Below are positions 16,985 through 24,731 of a stretch of DNA of 30,841 nt, piece by piece. The notes under the pieces were generated by a model. It did not search any database. It had not been told where the DNA came from and was given only the letters and a program-made list of their open reading frames with translations. A program made the translations under genes and the position numbers. Location of the stretch: positions 1 through 30,841 of the forward strand of contig JBILBT010000001.1 in assembly GCA_044353545.1 (NCBI GenBank). The letters are read 5' to 3'. Source of the DNA: Crocinitomicaceae bacterium. GTDB lineage: Bacteria > Bacteroidota > Bacteroidia > Flavobacteriales_D > Crocinitomicaceae. Numbering within the stretch: position 1 is the first letter of the stretch; every line of letters begins with the position of its first letter.

Positions 16985-17647
16985 ATGAACTCGATTGGAA
17001 CAGCCACAGAAGCACTCATCAACCGCAGCCCTTTTTTGCGCGAAGCGATGGCCGAGGACCTCATCAATATTTCTGCGTTGGCAAGAAAATTACAGCCCGA
17101 TATTGAAGAGATGTTGGGTAAAAAAATCAATGAGGGGGCTGTCGTGATGGCCATCAAGCGCATGACACCAGGACTCTATCAGCGCTTGAACACGAAAATC
17201 ACCAACATGATGGGTGACTTGGGTGATTTTCTTGTGCGCAACAATTTGACCGATTTCACTTTCGAAAATTCGGACACACTGAAAACAGCGCAAACTTTAC
17301 TTTTTGAGCGTATTTCGAAAGAAAGTGATTCATTTTTTGCTCTTTGTCAAGGGGTTACAGAAACAACCTATGTGCTCCAAGAAAGGCATTCAGCACTCAT
17401 GGAAAAATACTTCGCCAAGGAACGACTGAAATCACACAACTTAAACTTGTCTTCCGTAACGGTGGTATTGCCTAACCTGAATAATGAGATCTACGGTGTG
17501 TATTATTACCTGTTAAAACATTTGGCCTGGCAAGGAATTAACATCGTAGAAATTGTTTCCACTTCCACAGAATTCACTGTCGTAGTGCGTCAAGATGATG
17601 TTGAAAGTGCCTTCGGAATATTGATGCAGCTGAAGCGTAAGCTCTAA
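16985..17647 (+). CDS. Uncharacterised protein with putative N-terminal HTH and C-terminal ACT-like domain
   Basis: INISALARKL helix segment and C-terminal GINIVEIVSTSTEFTVVV resembling aspartokinase ACT repeats; no kinase domain. Confidence 0.65.
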   Translation: MNSIGTATEALINRSPFLREAMAEDLINISALARKLQPDIEEMLGKKINEGAVVMAIKRMTPGLYQRLNTKITNMMGDLGDFLVRNNLTDFTFENSDTLKTAQTLLFERISKESDSFFALCQGVTETTYVLQERHSALMEKYFAKERLKSHNLNLSSVTVVLPNLNNEIYGVYYYLLKHLAWQGINIVEIVSTSTEFTVVVRQDDVESAFGILMQLKRKL

Positions 17648-18388
17648 TCAGTTGTCATCAATCAACTCACCAAGTCCATATTTATTGAAGGACATCGAAC
17701 TAGGAACACCTCGGTAATAGATGTTTCCAGATCCATTTGTTTCTGCCTTTAATTTTGCTTGATTCGCATTGATGTGAACTGGACCCTGCGTGGCAGAAAC
17801 GACGGTAATTGAATCTTTGACATTCAAGCCATAAGTATTACAAAACCCATTGCTCCACACATTAAAGTTGGCATAATTGACATTTCCAGTAAAGGTAAAA
17901 TCACCCCAACCGTGGCTGATTGTGGCAATGACCACATAGGCATCAAAATTTAAGTTGACTGGGCCCGCCCCATCTCGAATAAGCATGGTCAACCAACTAA
18001 AGTTTAATTTCCCTTTGTTTGTCAAGGATTCTGAACCTTCAAAACGTATGTTTTCAATGCTTTTAAAATGAATTTCAGCCTTCACTTTTTTATCATACGA
18101 ACGGAAGAATGTACACTTGTTGTCATTTCCAATTTCCAACGTTTGGTCAGCCACCGAGACAGCAATAAAGTTCAACAAATTCTTTCCTCCCCTTAGTACA
18201 ACTTTTTCCACGGTATCTTGCACCAACACAAATTCCACATGCTCGCGCAGGAACAATTTAGAGAACGGTTCCAAAGCGATGGTTTTCTCCTCCTCGGCAC
18301 CAGCCGTTTTCCAACAAGGTCTATTTTCTGCTTTCTTGCATGCAGCAGCAAGAACTAGAATCAAACCTACGATGACGAAAGTCCTCAT
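17648..18388 (-). CDS. Head GIN domain (DUF2807-like) lipoprotein
   Basis: Lipobox LAAAC17, GGKNLLNFI, and beta-helix GSGNIYYRG.P motif. The ATG at 18388 forms an ATGA overlap with the upstream stop. Confidence 0.8.
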   Translation of the reverse strand: MRTFVIVGLILVLAAACKKAENRPCWKTAGAEEEKTIALEPFSKLFLREHVEFVLVQDTVEKVVLRGGKNLLNFIAVSVADQTLEIGNDNKCTFFRSYDKKVKAEIHFKSIENIRFEGSESLTNKGKLNFSWLTMLIRDGAGPVNLNFDAYVVIATISHGWGDFTFTGNVNYANFNVWSNGFCNTYGLNVKDSITVVSATQGPVHINANQAKLKAETNGSGNIYYRGVPSSMSFNKYGLGELIDDN

Positions 18389-19461
18389 TTTTTCTTGTAA
18401 TTGAATGTATATCCAAGTCCCCATTCCGCATAATCAGCCCTAGCCCAATGTGATTTCAACACAACCTGCGTATTTAAACCATTTTTAAAGTAATAGCGAA
18501 TTCCTACGCGGTGGTACATGGCATCTTCCGGTTGGTATTTATCCTTCAGGTAAACTCCCATCCCTAAGGTAAAATGAAACTGATCCAAGGGCAATAAATA
18601 GCCAACAAAGACACCCAACTGAAGAATATCCCATTGTGATTTGGTGATTTCTGGACGGTACGCCTGAACTGCTTGTTTTGAGATGAGATCGAAAGAAGCT
18701 TCTAGTCCAACCTTTGGTTTTGTAAAATAGCGCGCATGAATGCTCATGGCAAAAATCGGATACTTCTTCATTCCTGTTGGAAAAACCTCCTTCACTGAGG
18801 CAATTGCAGTAATTCCAAACAGCCATTTGCGCAATGGAACCACATTTGGCAGCACTAAGGTGTCTTTCGGTGCCGATTGAATGGTGCGGCCATAGCCGAA
18901 AGATAAATAAGGTAAGTTAACACCCAAGTTCGGTACTTTGTATGCTCCATTGCTAAAATGAGTCATGTCAACTCCAAGCACAATGGCATTCCGACCAAAA
19001 GAAAACTGACTTTTCAATCCAAGGCAAATGAGTGCATTCCAGTGGGTACTCACAGCCACATTTTTCGGATTAAGTTCATAGCTGAACACTTTTGCCGTGT
19101 ACCCTAAACCGGTACCCAATTTCCCGCAAAGCTGAAAATGACGTGATTTTACAAAAGGAAATTCGATAAAGCTGTAGGCTCCCCAGAATGTACCTAAAAT
19201 CGTGTTGTTCCCAACAGAACCACCGAAAAGTGTTGCTCCCATGGACGGATAACCACAGGCCTCATGCCATTTCTTTCTGCCTTTCGGATGAAAGAAAAGT
19301 GAAAGTTCACCTGCGTAGGCTTGATTTTCAGCCAAATGGCTCATTACACCGCGGTGCGCAGCAAGGAAACCCACTTTTTGTCGGTATTCCAATCCCCACT
19401 CCTTCTGCAGAAACGCAGAAAAAGAAATGAAAAGAAAAAGTATAAATAATCCTGAGCGCAT
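18385..19461 (-). CDS. Acyloxyacyl hydrolase / PagL-like lipid A deacylase-family outer-membrane protein
   Basis: Signal peptide and beta-barrel pattern; HFSNG..K.PNLG.N matches the PagL H-x-S-N motif. Confidence 0.75.
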   Translation of the reverse strand: MRSGLFILFLFISFSAFLQKEWGLEYRQKVGFLAAHRGVMSHLAENQAYAGELSLFFHPKGRKKWHEACGYPSMGATLFGGSVGNNTILGTFWGAYSFIEFPFVKSRHFQLCGKLGTGLGYTAKVFSYELNPKNVAVSTHWNALICLGLKSQFSFGRNAIVLGVDMTHFSNGAYKVPNLGVNLPYLSFGYGRTIQSAPKDTLVLPNVVPLRKWLFGITAIASVKEVFPTGMKKYPIFAMSIHARYFTKPKVGLEASFDLISKQAVQAYRPEITKSQWDILQLGVFVGYLLPLDQFHFTLGMGVYLKDKYQPEDAMYHRVGIRYYFKNGLNTQVVLKSHWARADYAEWGLGYTFNYKKK

Positions 19462-19507
19462 TTCGAATGCTAAAATAATGAATTGAAAAGTACATTCCGA
19501 AAAATTC

Positions 19508-19515
19508 TACTTTTG
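19508..19515 (+). promoter_or_regulatory. Sigma-A -7 element TACTTTTG
   Basis: TAnnTTTG match 5 nt upstream of the mazG ATG. Confidence 0.6.
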
Positions 19516-19520
19516 TTGCT

Positions 19521-20300
19521 ATGACAGATCCTCGACTTATTGCCTTTGAGCGCCTATTAAATATCATGGATGACCTTCGGGAAAAATGCCCTTGGGACCA
19601 AAAACAAACTTTAGAATCCTTGCGCCACCTGACCATAGAGGAAACCTATGAACTAGCTGATGCCATCACTTCCAATGATTTACCTGCCCTGAAGGGTGAA
19701 ATTGGCGATCTCTTTTTACACATGGTTTTCTACTGTAAAATTGGACAAGAACAAAATGCCTTTGATGTAGAAAGTGTCCTCAATGCCATTTGTGACAAGT
19801 TGGTGTTCCGTCATCCACACATTTATGGAGATACGGTTGCTGAAACAGAAGAAGAAGTGAAAGCAAACTGGGAAAGGCTGAAGCTCAAAGAAGGGCGAAA
19901 ATCAGTACTTGAAGGCGTTCCATCTTCCCTTCCTGCCATGGTGAAAGCCGCGCGCATTCAAGAAAAAGTAAAGGGAATTGGCTTCGACTGGGACAATCCC
20001 GATGATGTTTGGAATAAAGTACAAGAAGAATTGAATGAGTTTCGTGAAGAACAGCTAAAAGGCTCCGAGCACCGCGTAGAAGAATTTGGTGACCTCTTGT
20101 TCTCACTAATCAATTATGCCCGTTTTGTAGACATTAATCCAGAAAATGCCCTCGCGCTGACCAACCAAAAGTTCATCAGTAGATTTCAACTGATGGAGGA
20201 AATGACAGCCAAGGAAGGAAAAGCCCTGTCTGACATGACACTCACAGAAATGGATGTGTACTGGGAAATAGCAAAGAAAACCCTGCGAAAAATCAACTAA
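19521..20300 (+). CDS. mazG: Nucleoside triphosphate pyrophosphohydrolase MazG
   Basis: LREKCPWD..QT.ESL, IEETYE, EIGDL, RHPHIY, W...K.KE, second domain EE..E...EFGDL. Confidence 0.97.
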   Translation: MTDPRLIAFERLLNIMDDLREKCPWDQKQTLESLRHLTIEETYELADAITSNDLPALKGEIGDLFLHMVFYCKIGQEQNAFDVESVLNAICDKLVFRHPHIYGDTVAETEEEVKANWERLKLKEGRKSVLEGVPSSLPAMVKAARIQEKVKGIGFDWDNPDDVWNKVQEELNEFREEQLKGSEHRVEEFGDLLFSLINYARFVDINPENALALTNQKFISRFQLMEEMTAKEGKALSDMTLTEMDVYWEIAKKTLRKIN

Positions 20301-20386
20301 AACTACCCTAAGGTTTTATTGAAAAATAACACACTTTCAACTAATAAAATGTATCTTCGGGACCGTCATAAAGAACACAACACGCT

Positions 20387-22729
20387 ATGAAGCACTTGCT
20401 AATTGTATTTTCATTCCTATTTATCAATGGTTTAGCATTTAGCCAAGATTACACGATTCGTGGTTTTATCTCGGACAAAAAGAATGGTGAACCCATTGCA
20501 TACGAAAAAGTGCGCTTACTACGTAGTTCTGACAGTTCCACCGTTACTGGTGCTGTTACCGATCTGAATGGGATTTTCTCCATCCCCAAGATTGAAAAAG
20601 GTTCATACATCATTAAAATTGACAATTTCAATTACGTCGTGGTTACCCAAAACGTTGAAGTCACAGTTGAAAAAGGAATACTTGATTTGAAAATTGCCTT
20701 AGAGAAGGCCGAAAATGTCAAAGAATTTGATGAAGTCAATGCCAGCGCTGACAGCAAACGCAAGAAAAATGAGGTGCAAATCTCCAAGCTTCAGTTTGAT
20801 GCCAAGGGCTTGGAACGCGTTCCTAGCGTTGGTGCAGAAAATGATGTGGTTGGAGCATTTAGTGTAACACCAGGGGTCGTAACAACAGGCGACCAAGGAG
20901 GACAGCTCTACGTGCGAGGAGGTACACCCATCCAAAATAAAGTGCTTTTGGACGGAATGACCATTTACAATCCTTTTCACTCCATAGGTTTCTTCTCCAT
21001 TTTTGAAACGGAGTTGGTGAAAAATGTAGATGTTTACACGGGGGGCTTTGATGCGAAGTACGGTGGTAGAATTTCGTCTGTTATGGACATTACCTACCGC
21101 GATGGAAACAGAAAAGAATTTGGTGGAAAAGTCTCTGCTTCGCCGTTCTTGGGCAAAGTTGTTTTTGAAGGTCCACTCGGAAAACGGAAAGACGGAAATC
21201 CAAGCAATGCATCATTTATCTTCTCGGGAAAACATTCTTTGTTGGATTACACCGCCAAAACCTTGTACCCAGGAGTGAATCAAGGTCGTGGATTGCCTTT
21301 TAACTTTACAGACATTTACAGTAAAGTTACTTTTCAAGGAGATGGTGGATCGAAATTTAGTGCCTTTGGGTTTCACAATCAAGACAGTGTAAACTACGGC
21401 ATTGCAGATTTGAGTTGGAAAGCATCAGGAGGAGGAATCAATTTCTTGATGGTTCCAAGCAGTTCACCTGTATTCATTAAAGGACATGTGAATGGAAGCA
21501 ACTACGAAACGACCTTTAACGAAAGCAATACTCAACCGAGAACGAGTAGAATCGGTGGATTCGATATTGGATTTGACTTTACCTATTTCTTGCGAAAAGA
21601 AAGTGAATTGAATTATGGATTGAATTTGAGCGGTTTCAATACCTCTTTCACGACATACAACGAAGCAAAACGCGAAATAAAAGCCGACAACTTCACCACT
21701 GAAATCGGGATGTACACCAACATGCGCTTGGTTCGCGGCCGCTGGGTTATTCAGCCAAGTGTTCGCATTCAAGTGTATGCCTCTTTGGGCACAATTTCAC
21801 CAGAACCACGCCTCGGATTGAAATTCAACGCAACTGAAAAATTGCGCTTTAAATTTTCAGGAGGTCGCTTCTCTCAAAACTTTACCTCTGCTTCATCCGA
21901 TAAAGATGTGGTGAACCTATTCAATGGTTTACTTTCCGCACCTCAAAATGTGCAAACGCAATTCGTCAATGAATTCCAACAAGTAAAAGATATAAAAAAC
22001 GGAATTCAATACTCATGGCACGCGATTTTAGGTTTTGAGTACGATCTCAGCAAATTTTTATCTGCCAATGTGGAAGGATATTTCAAGTATTTCTCCCAGT
22101 TGAGCAATATCAATCAAAACAAGCTGTACGAAGATATCGCACAGTTTGCGAATATTGATGATGTGTACAAGAAGGATTTCATCATCGAAGATGGGATTTC
22201 TTATGGTGTCGATGTCTTGTTGAAATACAGCCGTGAGCGCTTGTTCTTGTGGGGTGTTTATTCGTATGGACATTCAACACGCTGGGATGGTTTTGCTCAG
22301 TATTATCCTGTATTTGACCGTCGTCACAACATCAATCTTGTTGGAACCTACTTGTTTGGCAAGAAGAAAACATTGGAACTAAGTATTCGATGGAACCTTG
22401 GGTCTGGACTTCCATTCACCCCAACAGCAGGATTCTACCAAAATGACAACTTCTCTAGTGGCGTAACAACAGATTACACCACAAGTAACCCTTCGACTGT
22501 CTCTACATTGCTTGGAGGATTTAACAGTCAACGACTGCCTTACTACCACAGACTAGATATCACCGTGAAGAAAAACTTCAAATTCAAAAATGAGGATGTT
22601 CTCGAGATTATTGCGAGCATCACCAATGTTTATGATCGGAACAACATCTTCTATGTGAATCGTGTTACAGGAGAGTCCATTTATCAGTTTCCTATTCTAC
22701 CAAGTATGGGAATTAGCTATAAGTTCTAA
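20387..22729 (+). CDS. TonB-dependent receptor (carboxypeptidase-regulatory-like N-domain, plug, barrel)
   Basis: Signal peptide ..AFS-Q, plug motifs PGV...YVRGG..QN..LLDG and GGFDAKYGGRISSV, EPRLG, C-terminal Phe. Confidence 0.9.
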   Translation: MKHLLIVFSFLFINGLAFSQDYTIRGFISDKKNGEPIAYEKVRLLRSSDSSTVTGAVTDLNGIFSIPKIEKGSYIIKIDNFNYVVVTQNVEVTVEKGILDLKIALEKAENVKEFDEVNASADSKRKKNEVQISKLQFDAKGLERVPSVGAENDVVGAFSVTPGVVTTGDQGGQLYVRGGTPIQNKVLLDGMTIYNPFHSIGFFSIFETELVKNVDVYTGGFDAKYGGRISSVMDITYRDGNRKEFGGKVSASPFLGKVVFEGPLGKRKDGNPSNASFIFSGKHSLLDYTAKTLYPGVNQGRGLPFNFTDIYSKVTFQGDGGSKFSAFGFHNQDSVNYGIADLSWKASGGGINFLMVPSSSPVFIKGHVNGSNYETTFNESNTQPRTSRIGGFDIGFDFTYFLRKESELNYGLNLSGFNTSFTTYNEAKREIKADNFTTEIGMYTNMRLVRGRWVIQPSVRIQVYASLGTISPEPRLGLKFNATEKLRFKFSGGRFSQNFTSASSDKDVVNLFNGLLSAPQNVQTQFVNEFQQVKDIKNGIQYSWHAILGFEYDLSKFLSANVEGYFKYFSQLSNINQNKLYEDIAQFANIDDVYKKDFIIEDGISYGVDVLLKYSRERLFLWGVYSYGHSTRWDGFAQYYPVFDRRHNINLVGTYLFGKKKTLELSIRWNLGSGLPFTPTAGFYQNDNFSSGVTTDYTTSNPSTVSTLLGGFNSQRLPYYHRLDITVKKNFKFKNEDVLEIIASITNVYDRNNIFYVNRVTGESIYQFPILPSMGISYKF

Positions 22730-22764
22730 TAGATTTTGTGAACGAACAGACTAATTGACCCGAT

Positions 22765-24468
22765 TTACTTTTTCCAGGCCTCAAATGCCTTCTTCTGGGA
22801 AGCGATGGCTTGATCCATTGCAGTAACTGTGTAGTCGCAATAGAAGTTCCGCTGGACTTCAGGCAGTCTCAATGCGATATGTTTACCTATGCGGTGAACG
22901 ACTAGATTTTTTTCTTCATCGGCAAAATAGCCCAACCAATTGTCCAAATCTGAAGTCACCTTGATTCCATTGACGGAAATTACTTCGTCATCGATCATAA
23001 GTCCACCTAAGTATGCCGGACTCCCAGGATAAATGGCAGTCACTTTTGATGTCTTTTTTAAAGCTTTAAAGCCAAGTTTACCCGCAGAATACGAGGCAGA
23101 AGGCACATGTTCCATGGAAAGCCCTAAATACTCAAGACAATCCACCAAGATAGATTCATAGGGACGCGTGCCATGGATGTAATCCGTAAAAAGGTCATCA
23201 AACGAAATTCCAGAAATATTCTCCAGCACCTCTTTATAATCCGATTCACTTACTCCCTTTCCTTTAAGTGCAAAATCGTAGTACAAGCGCTTCATGACTT
23301 CATCCAATCCGTAGTGATTCTTTGTTGCGCGTAGGATTCTAACATCCGTCACAAAAGCGAGCAAGCAACCTTCCGTATAAATGGATACTTTTCGACCTGG
23401 AGCTCCAGAAACATAGCCATCCAGCCATGTATCGAACGAAGACTCCGCCACCGAATAATTGAATCGGCCAAAATTATCAAAATGCTTCTGCAGCTGATTG
23501 TTAAACTCCTTAAGGTATTGCTTCAAGGAAAAAACGCCACTTTTTAAAAGAAATAAATCACCCATGTAGGTCGTGATCCCTTCACAAATGTATCCCAATT
23601 GCGAGTAATTTTCTTTCGTGAAGTCGTAGGGCTGCATGTCAATTGGGCGAATGGCTTTCACATTCCATGTGTGATACAATTCGTGTGAAGAAACCCCCAA
23701 TAGCTCTTTGTACTCATCTCCAAATACAGCATAACTTGGTCCCAGGGCAATCACTGTTGACTTGCAATGTTCTACGCCATGGTATGCTTTATAAGGTAAG
23801 ATTTGAAATAGAAAATGGTATTCTGCAACTGGAAACTCTCCAAACTTATCAATTTGTGCCTGAGTAAAAGCTTCAAAATCCTTTTTCAAGCGCTCCCAAT
23901 CGGGTTTCGACTCCCCATTGAACCACAGATGAAACAAAGTATTTGCAACCGTATATTCATCGTGCTGCAATTGAGCCGAGCAAATGAAAGGAGAATCAGC
24001 CAACTCGTCAAAGTTATCCGCCAAAAGTGTAGTTCCATTCTTACGCATCGACGTGGCAATTTCCCAGAAAGATGGAATGTTTAATTCGAGTTGTACAGAC
24101 TCCGAAAACTGTTCTTTGCTGAACACAAAACAATTGACCGGATTCACATAGAGTTGTTCTTCCGATAAAAAACTCGATCCTGCATTTAGATCAGCTGCAT
24201 AATAGCGGTATTCCACGCGAATTTCTTTGCTTCCTTCAGTTGCTGCCTGCCAGCAGTCCTTTGAGATTTTATTGATCTCCAAACGTTTTTTAGAATCGAC
24301 ATCAAATACGCGAAGATCCTTCACATTCTTTGCGAAATTTCCCAATTCATAGCGTCCTGGCCTCCAACTTGGCAAATGAAATTCCATTGTATCCGTGGCG
24401 GAATGAAAAAACGCCGTGATTTGAATGTACTGCTGTTGTGGCTGATCTATGGAGATGGTGTATTTCAT
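22765..24468 (-). CDS. M61 family (glycyl) aminopeptidase with PDZ domain
   Basis: LPSWRPGRY, D.L.DSP, GVEH, HELYH zinc motif + W..K.IRP, EG.T.Y, C-terminal PDZ (PGSPA..GGL...D). Confidence 0.92.
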   Translation of the reverse strand: MKYTISIDQPQQQYIQITAFFHSATDTMEFHLPSWRPGRYELGNFAKNVKDLRVFDVDSKKRLEINKISKDCWQAATEGSKEIRVEYRYYAADLNAGSSFLSEEQLYVNPVNCFVFSKEQFSESVQLELNIPSFWEIATSMRKNGTTLLADNFDELADSPFICSAQLQHDEYTVANTLFHLWFNGESKPDWERLKKDFEAFTQAQIDKFGEFPVAEYHFLFQILPYKAYHGVEHCKSTVIALGPSYAVFGDEYKELLGVSSHELYHTWNVKAIRPIDMQPYDFTKENYSQLGYICEGITTYMGDLFLLKSGVFSLKQYLKEFNNQLQKHFDNFGRFNYSVAESSFDTWLDGYVSGAPGRKVSIYTEGCLLAFVTDVRILRATKNHYGLDEVMKRLYYDFALKGKGVSESDYKEVLENISGISFDDLFTDYIHGTRPYESILVDCLEYLGLSMEHVPSASYSAGKLGFKALKKTSKVTAIYPGSPAYLGGLMIDDEVISVNGIKVTSDLDNWLGYFADEEKNLVVHRIGKHIALRLPEVQRNFYCDYTVTAMDQAIASQKKAFEAWKK

Positions 24469-24472
24469 TGTG

Positions 24473-24514
24473 ATGAAGGATTAAAAATGAAGGATTAAAA
24501 ATGAAGAATGAATT
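24473..24514 (-). repeat. Heptamer array (ATGAAGG/ATTAAAA alternating on +), 6 units
   Basis: atgaagg attaaaa atgaagg attaaaa atgaaga atgaatt, ending 4 nt before the M61 ATG. Confidence 0.85.
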
Positions 24515-24517
24515 GAA

Positions 24518-24570
24518 AATTTGACCACTTCGTGAATTTGTTCCTTTCAGGAATTTGATACCTGCGGCAA
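24518..24570 (-). repeat. CAAATT-linked mini-hairpin array (17-nt period)
   Basis: The minus strand reads ttgccgcaggtat caaatt cctgaaaggaa caaatt cacgaagtggt caaatt. 24551-24570 is 19/20 identical (inverted) to 2566-2585. Confidence 0.85.
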
Positions 24571-24656
24571 TAGGAGTTAAAATTAAGGACTTTATACTTT
24601 GTTGGCTGAGGTGCGCTAGCAGTCTCGAAGCCAAGAATTAAAAATGAGAGGTGAAT

Positions 24657-24731
24657 CTGAGTCTTAAAATCTTGATATCTTAACATCTTGAAGTCTTTCA
24701 TCCATTGTCTTTTGTCTTTTGTCTTTTGTCC
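24657..24731 (-). repeat. Heptamer (GGACAAA/AGACAAA) then octamer (AGAnnnYA) array directly after a stop codon
   Basis: The minus strand reads ggacaaa agacaaa agacaaa agacaat ggatgaa, then agacttca agatgtta agatatca agatttta agactcag. Confidence 0.85.

Noticed and set aside
16985-17647. Aspartate kinase (lysC) call
   Set aside because: There is no amino-acid-kinase catalytic domain or KFGG motif; only ACT-like similarity.
17645-17650. Abutting convergent stop codons (also 10600-10607) as an antisense-regulation device
   Set aside because: This is common in compact Bacteroidota genomes and there is no sequence evidence of regulation.
24495-24701. 68-aa minus-strand ORF from the track
   Set aside because: It is composed of the heptamer, octamer and hairpin repeats and has no protein-like features.
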